DNA of 64,000 nucleotides from an uncultured Planctomycetaceae bacterium. GTDB taxonomy: Bacteria > Planctomycetota > Planctomycetia > Planctomycetales > Planctomycetaceae. Made by a program: the position numbers and the translations under genes. The notes under the pieces were generated by a model. That model searched no databases and had not been told where the DNA came from. It worked only from the letters and a program-made list of their open reading frames with translations. This document shows, piece after piece, positions 10,899 through 20,558 of this stretch (position 1 is its first letter; each line of letters opens with the position of its first letter). Location of the stretch: NCBI GenBank assembly GCA_963976765.1, contig CAXBME010000013.1, positions 124,001 through 188,000 on the forward strand. Reading direction: 5' to 3'.

Positions 10899-12611
10899 TT
10901 AATCGTTGTCCCTGCCCGTTCCTTCAATCAGCCGTTGAACGGTCCCGGTCGGTATTTGATGCCACGACTCCTGACGCCCGGTAGGCCAGCGGACGATGAT
11001 CGAATCGGCGATTTCATTTTCTCCGACACCAATGACAAGTCGGCTGTCGCTACTGGAAAGGTAGCTGGAACTTCCGATTACAGCCCTTGTTATCTGAGTG
11101 CCTTCGCCTTTAATCAGGACAACGGTGCCGTTGCCGTCACGAGCACTCTTTGATCCAACCAGTTCGAGCTGGATAACTTGCCCTGCCGAAGGGGTGTTGT
11201 TGCGAAGCAATGTGGCGGGTCCATTCAAATGTTGAACGGCAAGATCCAGGCGACCGTCCCGATCGAAGTCGGCAACACATGACGCCCGCCCGACTAAATG
11301 CCGTCTGAAGTAGTCGCCGCTCTGTAACGAAGCATCACGAAACCGACGCCCATTCTGATTGTGGAAGAGTTGAGGGAGTTGTGCAAAGGGTTCACTTCGA
11401 CCCGGGTCGTGGTGGCCAGTATGTATGTGCCCGTTGGCGACGAAGAGATCGAGCCAACCATCGTTGTCGATGTCAAACAGGGATGCTCCGAACGCCAGCC
11501 TCATTTGACTGGGTGCGGCCAGGCCATATTCCGAAGTGACATCGGTAAATGAGAAGCCTTCGTTGCGGTAAAGAGTGTTGGATTCGTTGAAGTAGTTTGT
11601 GACGAACAGGTCCGGCAGTCCATCTCCATCCACATCGCCAGAGGCCACCCCCATTCCCGCTTCAGCAATTCCGATTCGATTGACCGCCACGCCAGCCAGC
11701 AACGCTTCGTCAGCAAACTTTCCCGTGCCATCATTGATCCACAATTGGTTGTGGACGGTGTCGTTTGCTACATAAAAATCAATGTCGCCATCGTTGTCGA
11801 GGTCCGTGGCTACAACTCCCAGGCCGCAACGGGCGGGACCAGACATGAGACCCGCTTCTTCAGTCAGGTCGGTAAATGTTCCGTCGCCGTCGTTCCGGAA
11901 GAGAATGTCGTACTCGTGTTTCTGATATCGCGGATGACAGCCTGAATAGTACGTGTGGCCAAGTTCCGTGTGCTTGCAGAGTGGGTAATCGTCCCGATCG
12001 AGATTCAAATAGTTTGTGACGAAGAGATCCAGGTTTCCGTCGCCATCGATGTCTGCCCAGGTACAGCTTGATCCAAACCGGTGGTCATCAAGACCTCGAT
12101 CCGTCGCAATTTCTGAGAACGAACCATCTCCGTTGTTGTGGTAAAGGCGGTTCTGGCCGTAGTTGCTGACATAAATGTCCGCAAATCCGTCGTTATCGAA
12201 GTCGCCAACGGCCACTCCCATCGAGTAGTCCAGATTGATCAGATTGGCGTGGATCGTGACATCCCGAAAAGTCCCGTCGCCCGAGTTTGCCAGAAAGCGG
12301 TTGCTGGGTGGCGGTTTCTGAATATCGTCGTCCCACGCTTTTCCCTGGCCGAGGTAAAGGTCGGGCCAGCCGTCCCGGTCGAAATCCAGCCAGGCAATCC
12401 CCGAGCCCATAAACAGGTGCAGGTGGCGTTCCGGAGTCAGCGGCGAATAATGCTGAAAATCAACTCCCGCCTGCTTCGAAACATCCTCGAACTGCAGTAT
12501 CTGCTCACCTGCTTCTGAGTATGCGCACAACAGCAACAGCAGAATGCCAGGTCCGAAGACGCTTCTGTTCGACACGTACTTCAGCCAGAGGTTACGGCGC
12601 AGTAAGGCCAT
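10899..12611 (-). CDS. CRTAC1 family protein (FG-GAP/VCBS repeats plus C-terminal ASPIC/UnbV domain)
   Basis: Repeated DFDxDGWxDL blades (DFDRDGWPDLY, DFDNDGFADIY, DIDGDGNLDLF, DLDNDGDIDFY, DVDGDGLPDLF, DIDNDGWLDLF, DFDRDGRLDL); C-terminal SSYLSSSD..L.IG.G...IIVRWPTG. Confidence 0.92.
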   Translation of the reverse strand: MALLRRNLWLKYVSNRSVFGPGILLLLLCAYSEAGEQILQFEDVSKQAGVDFQHYSPLTPERHLHLFMGSGIAWLDFDRDGWPDLYLGQGKAWDDDIQKPPPSNRFLANSGDGTFRDVTIHANLINLDYSMGVAVGDFDNDGFADIYVSNYGQNRLYHNNGDGSFSEIATDRGLDDHRFGSSCTWADIDGDGNLDLFVTNYLNLDRDDYPLCKHTELGHTYYSGCHPRYQKHEYDILFRNDGDGTFTDLTEEAGLMSGPARCGLGVVATDLDNDGDIDFYVANDTVHNQLWINDGTGKFADEALLAGVAVNRIGIAEAGMGVASGDVDGDGLPDLFVTNYFNESNTLYRNEGFSFTDVTSEYGLAAPSQMRLAFGASLFDIDNDGWLDLFVANGHIHTGHHDPGRSEPFAQLPQLFHNQNGRRFRDASLQSGDYFRRHLVGRASCVADFDRDGRLDLAVQHLNGPATLLRNNTPSAGQVIQLELVGSKSARDGNGTVVLIKGEGTQITRAVIGSSSYLSSSDSRLVIGVGENEIADSIIVRWPTGRQESWHQIPTGTVQRLIEGTGRDND

Positions 12612-12938
12612 CTCAGATCAATCTTTGAGAGAAAACGATCCTTCTCGAATTCGCCATCGCCAGGCAAGACTCATCGTTGGGAAATTTGTTCGAAACTATA
12701 GCGAGTTGGATGGTGCTGCAACCGCCAGAAGCCGCTGCTGTGTCGGGCTGGCGATGTCGGAACTCTTTCTGGGCTTGACGGCTGCTGAATAGATCCTGAA
12801 AAGTGTTTACCGGTAACCGATCAGCTATAACGGCATTCCGTGCCGACGATGCCAGGCAACGTCGGTAGTCGGTACTTCATACACGATCTCGGGCTGAAGC
12901 TACATTGACAGCTATGACGCCTCTTGCCTGAATGAAAC

Positions 12939-15092
12939 ATGCCGCGTTCAAGAATCAGTCACAAGAGCAGGGCGGAAGTCGCGAATGAACGGTGGTGTTG
13001 TGTCGTCTGTCTGGCCATCGCGATACTGATCGCCCTGCATCCGATAAGCACACACGATTTCTGGTGGCAGCTTAGTCGTGGCCGAGCCGCCGCTGGCGGA
13101 ACACTGGCACCATCACAGGTGCTGCTGGCTGGCGAAACAACTGCAAGTGCTGACTGGTTAGGAGGTGCGCCGGTCTTTGCGATCTTCTCGCTTGGTGGAA
13201 TCTCGCTGTTGATGGGGCTGAAACTTCTTTCATCGGTAGTGGTTGGACTCGATCTGCTTTTCGTGAAGGCACGACAACGTAGTCTGACAATCCTTGCCAT
13301 CGTGCTTCTGGCGTTGCTCGCGGCACGCCACGCCTGGGAGCCAACACCGCTCCTGTATGACGCAATCGGAGTAACGCTCGTCTGGTCAATGATCGATCGC
13401 TTGAAGGATCACTCGTCGTCGGGGCGGTTAATCATCTTGCTGATAGTCATGGCGGTCTGGGCGAATACCTCACCGTTGTGCGTGCTGGGAATTTTTGTTG
13501 GTACGAACGCGATGCTTGTCGGGTCACCGTCTTCATCACTTCCCTTGACGCGACGTAGACGCGTGGAGATCGTTGCGATGATGGCGGCGGCGTGTTGCAC
13601 GACGCCTCGGGGGCTGGCAACACTCTGGGACTCATTGAGAATCCTGATGCCAATGTTGACCACGAGTGCGTCAGTCCTTCAGTCGACACAATGGCGGCCA
13701 CTTGCCTTCTCGTTTCACAAGCCTGAAGTTCTGGCGTTTGTCCTGCTTTCAGTCGCCATGTTTTACACACTCATCAAAATCCCACGCACGTCAGCGGGGG
13801 CAGCGTTGGCGTACTTTGTTATCCAGATAATCGCGTGGTCATCGCAATCGAATCTCGCACCAGTATCGATCTGGTTGACGCTTCTACTGCTTCGGCAAGT
13901 CAATGCCAACCAGGTCACGGAAGCACCACTGTCGAAGTATGGGAGCCTGAGGGGCCGCGTCGGTAAACTTCTTCCGGCAACAGTAGTGTTACTGGTCGCC
14001 GTCGCGGCGATCGACCGCTGGCCTGAAAGTCTCAGTCGGATCGGATGGGGAATCGATCCAACGATCAGTGGAGACGAGTTTCTTGAGTCAGTGAAAGATG
14101 TTCGAACAACCGGCAGTGCTCACGCCGTCGGAATTCGTGAAGCGGGACTGTTGTGCTGGTTTAAACCAGAGGGAGCAAAACCATTCGATACGCCAAGGCA
14201 GGCTCTGTTGAGTGGCCGGCTCGGTCAGAACGTGCTCCTGCATGAGGAACTATCAACTGGCTGGCAGATCCCTCATCGCCGCGAAGACGACAGCTGGGGA
14301 GGCTGGTGGCTGACGCTCAAAGAACGCCAGACAACGCTGCTGATTGTTCCATCCGAAGACGTTCAGTTAATCGGAGCTCTGGAGCCAACGATCTGGAAGC
14401 CTCTGGCACTGAGCGGATCCAGTCTCGTTTTCGGAATTGCTGGCGACCCGGCATGTTCACCACGAATCGCCAGAGTTCTGCAATTACGGAAACACGTTGA
14501 TCAGAATGTGTGGCATTACGATCCAGTCTCTGCGGCAGGTGACGAATCTCATTGCGATCTCGTTGGGTTGCTCACTGGACGCCGAACTTTCGAGGTGGAT
14601 CTACGGCTGGCGAAATCGTTTCGAGCGATGCAACTGACCGTTGCGGCATTGCGAGTCCTTAATCCCATCCTTCAGACTGACAGCGGCGAGGTTGCCCACG
14701 AGGAGTTTGCTCGATCCCAGCTGGACCTTGGCTATCGCGAGCGGTTGGAGATGGGGCAAGGCAGCCAGCTGCGGGCCTTTGCATTTCGGGAAACAGCCAC
14801 TGCTTCTGGAACTGGACAACTGGCAATGGAATCGTTGGCCATCTCGTCGAGGCCGGACGGCGCCGTGACGAACAGGATGCAGACAGCGGTCAGAGCGTAC
14901 GCCGCTGGTGAAACCGATCGAGCGATCAGCGAACTGACAGACGAACATCCGGAACTGGTTTATGCCCGAGCCCAGTTATTGTTTGAAGCCGGAAGACTCG
15001 GTGAAAGTATCAGTGCTTATCAGACTTTGGTCATGAAGTTTCCTGACAGCCGATTATCTTTAGTTGGTCGAAATGTCCTCGCGAGACTCTAA
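12939..15092 (+). CDS. Polytopic membrane protein with C-terminal TPR-like helices (module paralog 2)
   Basis: 'DFWWQLSRGR', 'ADWLGG', 'WANTSP', 'TPRG', 'GWG', 'REDDSWGGWWL' motifs shared with 20559-22736; many TM segments; C-terminal YARAQLLFEAGRLGE. Confidence 0.8.
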   Translation: MPRSRISHKSRAEVANERWCCVVCLAIAILIALHPISTHDFWWQLSRGRAAAGGTLAPSQVLLAGETTASADWLGGAPVFAIFSLGGISLLMGLKLLSSVVVGLDLLFVKARQRSLTILAIVLLALLAARHAWEPTPLLYDAIGVTLVWSMIDRLKDHSSSGRLIILLIVMAVWANTSPLCVLGIFVGTNAMLVGSPSSSLPLTRRRRVEIVAMMAAACCTTPRGLATLWDSLRILMPMLTTSASVLQSTQWRPLAFSFHKPEVLAFVLLSVAMFYTLIKIPRTSAGAALAYFVIQIIAWSSQSNLAPVSIWLTLLLLRQVNANQVTEAPLSKYGSLRGRVGKLLPATVVLLVAVAAIDRWPESLSRIGWGIDPTISGDEFLESVKDVRTTGSAHAVGIREAGLLCWFKPEGAKPFDTPRQALLSGRLGQNVLLHEELSTGWQIPHRREDDSWGGWWLTLKERQTTLLIVPSEDVQLIGALEPTIWKPLALSGSSLVFGIAGDPACSPRIARVLQLRKHVDQNVWHYDPVSAAGDESHCDLVGLLTGRRTFEVDLRLAKSFRAMQLTVAALRVLNPILQTDSGEVAHEEFARSQLDLGYRERLEMGQGSQLRAFAFRETATASGTGQLAMESLAISSRPDGAVTNRMQTAVRAYAAGETDRAISELTDEHPELVYARAQLLFEAGRLGESISAYQTLVMKFPDSRLSLVGRNVLARL

Positions 15093-16227
15093 CTTTCCAC
15101 GTTCCCGATCCGTCAGCTTTGTGACGCCGGTTACTGTGACCGGTGTTCTTGGGTTGTGCATTCTTGGGTTGTGCATTTCGAAATCGTTTCACACCGCCCC
15201 GCTACCATCGCGTAAAGTCTTCAGCGCGGCAGCACCACCAACAATGCGTCAATGTGCCGAGTGTCACCCTGAAATCTGCGAAACCTTCGCGACGGCTCCG
15301 CATCGGCTGACTCTGACACGAGCTGGTTCGCCAGACGTTCGTGAGCGTTTCGCGGGGCTGGAGTATTCGTTTCCTGAAAGCGGCCTCACCATTCGATACG
15401 AAAGTCGTGACGACGAACTCTGGTTGGAATCAGCCGCGTTGCCGAGTCCAGTTCGAGTTGACTGGATCTTCGGGTCAGGGCGACACGCACAGACTCCGGT
15501 CAGTGTAATTACCAATCCAGACGAGCGGACCGAAAGCCTGCAACACCGGGTCTCGTGGTTTCCGACAAACAAGTTAGCGGCAACTCCCGGTCTTGAGGTT
15601 GGCACTCGTGAAATACCAGGCTTATATGACGTATTTCAACACGAAGATCATGTTGTCACGATGGACTGCTTTGAGTGTCATGTGACCCATCTTCCGAACA
15701 ATGACGGCCGAATCGATGAGTCTCAGATTATCGTCGGCGTGGGCTGCGAACGATGTCACCCCGGCGGCAGAGAACACATGTCGAATGTTGGAGACGGACC
15801 TCTTTTCGTCGAAAGATGGTCTGAACTGTCGCCACTCGAATCTGTTAATCGTTGTGGTGAGTGTCACCGACGAGCTGATCAATTGACAGACGCAGAACTG
15901 AACCCTGATCGTCCGGTGCTGGCTCGATTCGCTTCCGTAGGTCTGGTCATGAGTGCCTGCTTCAAAAAACAGGCCTGGATAGACAGTGAAAGTCCGATTC
16001 AAGGTCGTCTGGATTGCCTTACCTGTCACGACCCTCACCGTCCCGCAAGCAGGAATCTTCAGTTTTATCTTGAAAAGTGTCTCGAGTGTCACGGATCGGA
16101 TGATGTCAAGGCGGCGAAATGTGCGTCCCAACCAATGACGAGTAACTGTTTGCCGTGTCATATGCCGAAGCAAACGTCAACGGACCACCTGGAGTTTACG
16201 GATCATTGGATTCGTATCCCCCGATAG
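15073..16227 (+). CDS. Membrane-anchored multiheme c-type cytochrome, 7 CxxCH motifs
   Basis: CAECH, CFECH, CERCH, CGECH, CLTCH, CLECH, CLPCH; WIFGSGRHA; FTDHWIRI. The probable start (ATG 15073) overlaps the end of the upstream membrane-protein gene. Confidence 0.9.
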   Translation: MSSRDSNFPRSRSVSFVTPVTVTGVLGLCILGLCISKSFHTAPLPSRKVFSAAAPPTMRQCAECHPEICETFATAPHRLTLTRAGSPDVRERFAGLEYSFPESGLTIRYESRDDELWLESAALPSPVRVDWIFGSGRHAQTPVSVITNPDERTESLQHRVSWFPTNKLAATPGLEVGTREIPGLYDVFQHEDHVVTMDCFECHVTHLPNNDGRIDESQIIVGVGCERCHPGGREHMSNVGDGPLFVERWSELSPLESVNRCGECHRRADQLTDAELNPDRPVLARFASVGLVMSACFKKQAWIDSESPIQGRLDCLTCHDPHRPASRNLQFYLEKCLECHGSDDVKAAKCASQPMTSNCLPCHMPKQTSTDHLEFTDHWIRIPR

Positions 16228-16273
16228 CTTTATCATTCGGTCACCGCTGTCTGTTGTAATGCTGCCGTAAAGA

Positions 16274-18748
16274 GTGAGTGATCAATCTTCTGAGACCACA
16301 ATGACTGATCAGATCAGCAATTCCTTAACGACTCCTTCTGCGTCATTGAAGCGACGCGCTGGGTACGTTGTCATTGGGCTGGTGGTTGCTGTTGCCGTTG
16401 CGGTGATTCTGGTCAGACCATCGGCCGAGCCTCTTAAGGATGACGCGATCTCTGCTGACATCAGCGAGGCGGAGCTCACGAAAGAGAAACAGGAGGAGAT
16501 CTGGGCGGTCGAGCATTTTGCGTTCGAACTCGAAACGTTCTTCGGCAAACCGCTGGCGAAGGCGATCGGAAACGGTCAGTGGGATTCGCTGGAAGGTCGG
16601 CTGAAGGATTCGTTTTCGGGGTTGGTATTTAAGGATGCTGCTGCTACGGCATTTGTTGAAACATCGAGGGTCAGGCAGTCATCCTGGACATCGGATCGAG
16701 CCGAACTCGTTACCGTCGATGCTGCCGGATTCGTTGACGCCCACAGGATTCTCACTGGACAGCTGACCGAGACGACAAAGACAAACTTCCGTGTGCTCAA
16801 GCTTGCTCGGAATTCCAGTGCTGACACTCAGTGGTCTGCGGAGTTTCTGATGACGCTGGGCGGTCCGTCGAAAGAGTCGGGCCTGGCTACCTTCGACGTG
16901 CACAGTTCAGCCGTGCTGGAATTCTCCGATGACGACGAAATACGCTCAGGCCCGCTCGTTCGAGAGTGGCATCTTGATTCGGTGACGGCTCGCTCGTCGC
17001 CGCAGATTCTGATGGAAGAGGTCAGTGCCATCAGCAATCTTGATGCGTTGCCGCTGATCGACAACTGGACCGTCGCTCCCTCGGACGCTCGCCAGTACTG
17101 GCGGCAGATGGCGGTTGAAGATTTCGATCAGGACGGTTTTCTCGACATCGCCGTCGCTTCGTTTATCGGACGACCTCTTCTGCTCCACCACGAATCGGAC
17201 GAGACTTATCGAGACGTTGCTTCGGAAGTCGGAGTCGATGGGTGGGCCGTCGCTGATTCGCACCTTGTCAACATGGCGTTATGGATCGACTTTGACGCTG
17301 ACGGCTTTCCTGATCTGTTGATGGGTGACCAGCTTTATCACAACGAAAAAGGGCAGCGATTCACCAACGTTACTTCACAGTCGCAACTGGTGATCGGCCA
17401 TCACCCCATGGGCGGAGTGGTCGCCGATTATGACTGCGACGGCGATCTCGATCTCTACATCCTTTATCAGCACGCGGCTGAATCGTCGAACGATTCTGAA
17501 CCCCAACCCTGGGTTGGCGACTCGATGTCTGGCTCTGAGAATGCCCTTTGGCAGAACCAGGGAGACGGTCGGTTTGTCGACGTGACGGCAGAGTCAGGTT
17601 CAGGTGGCGGTGCGAGAAACTCGTTCGGAGCAGTCTGGCACTTCCACGATGGCGACCATTGGCCGGATCTCTATGTTGCCAACGACTTCGGAAAGAATGT
17701 GCATTTGCGAAACCGCGGCGATGGCACGTTCGAGGACATTTCGGCGGCAACGGGAACCGCTGACTTCTCGACAAGCATGGGAGTCGCATCCGGAGACATC
17801 GACAACGATGGTCATCCTGAAATTTACGTCGCGAATATGTACTCAAAAATGGGCCGTCGAATCATCGCTCACGTGGATGCAAGCGATTATCCCGACGGAG
17901 TGTATGAGCAGATTCAGGGATCCTGCGCCGGCAACCGACTTTACAGCAGAACTGCCGGTTCGGGTTCAGATTCCTACAAAGAACTCAGTGAGTCGCTGGG
18001 AGTCAACGCGGTCGGCTGGGCCTACGCTCCGACGTTCGTCGATCTCGACTGCGACGGCTGGCTCGACATTTACGCGACGACGGGTTTCATGAGTTTTGAG
18101 CGGCGAAAGCCTGATGGCTGAACGTGCTACTGGCGGGCTGTCGTGTCACAGCCCTTGGACCGTTCTCTGTCGCATGAAGTGCTGGGCAAGTTGGATCTCG
18201 ATGCAGGTGAGCTGTGGGTTGAAAATCCATTTCATCTGCCAGCGCTGGGAGAAAACCTGAGTGCCTACGAGCAGAATCGTGTTTTTCTGAATGTTGCGGG
18301 TCAGGATTTCGTCGACGCTTCGTTCACGTCCGGAGCTAATCTGGATTCTGATTCAAGGTCAGTCATCGCTGCCGATTTCAACAATGATGGCGCTCAGGAT
18401 TTGCTGGTTGGCTCGGTCGGTGGAGGCCCGATCCGATTGTTTCTGAATCGAGTTCCCCAAGGAAAGAAAATTGACCTCGAACTCCTGCACCGCGGCGGCA
18501 AGGCGGCGGCGATTGGTGCTCGCGTGATTGCCACCATTGGGGAACGCAAAGTTGTTCGAGATCTGTTTCCGGCCAACGGTTGTCTCGGTCAACAACCAGC
18601 GCGAATACAGATTGGCCTTGGAAATGCTGAGCAGGCTGATTCCATCACAATTCGGTGGCCTGACGGAGCCACTCAAGAGCTTTCCGAAATCCCGGCAGAA
18701 GCGAATCTAAGCATTATCCAGCAAGGCAAGGTGCTTACGGGAAAATGA
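16274..18748 (+). CDS. Membrane-anchored CRTAC1/FG-GAP + ASPIC/UnbV protein of 824 aa read through an in-frame TGA at 18119-18121 (candidate selenocysteine, U616). A standard gene caller gives two ORFs, 16274-18121 and 18143-18748
   Basis: Both track ORFs are in the same frame, separated only by TGA plus 7 sense codons (TCYWRAV). The first holds six FG-GAP blades; the second holds the last blade (ADFNNDGAQDLL) and the ASPIC/UnbV domain (ITIRWPDG). Together they reproduce the architecture of the uninterrupted paralog 10899-12611. Alternative start ATG at 16301. Confidence 0.75.
18119..18165 (+). promoter_or_regulatory. Putative bacterial SECIS element directly 3' of the in-frame UGA
   Basis: Perfect 7-bp stem GGGCTGT (18135-18141)/ACAGCCC (18148-18154) around loop CGTGTC, with G at loop position 2 and 20 nt from UGA to loop. 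A lower pairing GAACG (18120-18124)/CGTTC (18161-18165) would include the UGA. Confidence 0.65.
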
Positions 18749-19136
18749 CTGAACATCATTGCGGGTGTTCTGACAGATTGGCTTGCCGTTAGGTGCTTGA
18801 GGCCGTCGAACTTTTGATTTCGGCGCGAGGGTGACACCTGTGGCATGGATGTGGATGAATGTACCTGGTGTCGCAAGAATACAGCTTGAAAGTCGGATTT
18901 TGCGGTGCCTTTCTTTCACAGAGTGTTGACAAACGCCGACAATACATAAATCCTGTTTGCCCCTGCTGCTGGCGGGCCTTCGAGTGACTGGGGATTTGTT
19001 TCCCTTCAACTGCGTCTTCTGGCTATGCCTGGTCAGCTATTTCTTCTCACTTTGCGCGTTGCGACAAACGCACTTCTGTAAGCCCTCGCATTTTTTGAGG
19101 GTTCTCGTTTCGTCCTTTTCTGGAGAATTCCAACTC

Positions 19137-20132
19137 ATGAAAACATTCAGTTTTCTCAAACGTCGCCGTGGATTCACGCTCATCGAACTGCTGGTCGTTA
19201 TTGCGATCATCGCAATTCTGGTTGCCTTGCTTCTGCCGGCTGTTCAGCAAGCTCGAGAGGCAGCCCGTCGCAGCCAATGCAAGGGCAATCTCAAGCAGAT
19301 CGGCATCGGTCTGCACAACTACCACGACATTTACAACCGATTGCCGCCGGGCCGGGTTCGCACAACTTACATCTCAGGCGTTAACAGTTGGGCGACCAGC
19401 AACATTTCCTGGGCGGCTCGCATTCTGGGCAACATGGACTATGCGACCATTTTCGAGACAGTCGACTGGGATCGCTTTAACGGTGCTGGTGGAGTCAACG
19501 GAACAAATCCGACGGGTGCGCGCCGGCAACGGGTTCCGGTTTATCGCTGTCCCTCGGATCCGGGAACTGGAAGGTGGGCGAAGTTCGTCGATCTAACAGG
19601 CGTGCAACACAGCGGCAATGCACCAAACACTGGGTTTGCATCCGGGAACTACATGGCTTCAATCGGCAATCAGACGAACGAGCAATCGAATTCGAGTAAC
19701 TCTGGAGTTTTTGGACTGAATACCAGTACCCGGTTCCGTGATATCACAGATGGAACATCGAACGTCGCCATGATCTCCGAGGCGATCATTGGATTTCCGG
19801 GCCTGGTGGTTAATGCATCCGGGAGTCCGAAAGTGTGCCCAACAACGGGAACCGCTACGACCGACAGCCAGCGTTCACGGGGCTATTCCTGGTTCTATCT
19901 TGAGCGACCAACGGCGGGGTACTACACCCATCGTGTTGGTCCCAATGCCCCAGAGTTTGATTGCGGTTCTAATACGGGCGACGCGATGTTTGCTTCACGG
20001 AGTCCTCATGTCGGGTCTGTTCATACCCTGCTGGCAGATGGAGCTGTGAAGCAGATCAGTGAAAACATTGATCTGACAACATGGCAAAATCTCGGAGACA
20101 TCGACGATGAGGAGTTGCTCGGCGACTTCTAG
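19137..20132 (+). CDS. DUF1559 family protein with prepilin-type N-terminal cleavage/methylation motif
   Basis: [78 protein letters not shown] at 19137 follows GGAGA. Confidence 0.95.
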   Translation: MKTFSFLKRRRGFTLIELLVVIAIIAILVALLLPAVQQAREAARRSQCKGNLKQIGIGLHNYHDIYNRLPPGRVRTTYISGVNSWATSNISWAARILGNMDYATIFETVDWDRFNGAGGVNGTNPTGARRQRVPVYRCPSDPGTGRWAKFVDLTGVQHSGNAPNTGFASGNYMASIGNQTNEQSNSSNSGVFGLNTSTRFRDITDGTSNVAMISEAIIGFPGLVVNASGSPKVCPTTGTATTDSQRSRGYSWFYLERPTAGYYTHRVGPNAPEFDCGSNTGDAMFASRSPHVGSVHTLLADGAVKQISENIDLTTWQNLGDIDDEELLGDF

Positions 20133-20317
20133 TCTCAGTGATTTGACGAATCTATTGGCTGCTGCACCACAATGGTGCAGCAGCCGTTTTGTTAGGCATA
20201 CCTCAGAAACAGGTACTCCCGGCTTCACCAGGCAATGGCTTCAGTTGCCAGGTTGCGACGGCTCGAAGCTCGGGAAGCTGGCTCCGAATCAGGTTCAGAA
20301 CATGTAAAGGAGAGGCA

Positions 20318-20494
20318 ATGTTGAAGAACTGGATGTGGTTGCTGTTGTTGACGTTCTCGATCAGTCCTGCGCTCATTGGTTGCAGTAATGATGCGGATCG
20401 AACTGACGCCGTTACCGGTGATGATGCGCCTGCGGTCGAAGAATCAGAGGAATTCATCGAAGGTGAAATAGCGGCTGAACAAGCAGCTAATTAA
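20318..20494 (+). CDS. Small acidic lipoprotein (58 aa)
   Basis: Strong RBS AGGAGAGG before ATG 20318; MLKNWMWLLLLTFSISPALIGC lipobox followed by a D/E-rich tail; same position relative to a DUF1559 gene as 9370-9771. Confidence 0.75.
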   Translation: MLKNWMWLLLLTFSISPALIGCSNDADRTDAVTGDDAPAVEESEEFIEGEIAAEQAAN

Positions 20495-20558
20495 GCGTCC
20501 TCTGACGCTGACTGATTACAGTGCGCGCTAAGTACACTGCCGTTTCGTTTTCGAATGC

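Noticed and set aside
18143..18748. Independent ASPIC/UnbV gene starting at GTG 18143
   Set aside because: No Shine-Dalgarno sequence, the start codon lies inside a hairpin loop, and the product would begin mid-propeller with no signal peptide. Better explained as the continuation of 16274-18121, by Sec read-through or a nonsense mutation.
18926..18955. TTGACA upstream of the second DUF1559 gene as a sigma70 promoter
   Set aside because: No convincing -10 hexamer at 16-18 bp spacing.
18957..19136. Upstream extension of the second DUF1559 ORF
   Set aside because: A prepilin motif needs a short basic leader; ATG 19137 has a good RBS.
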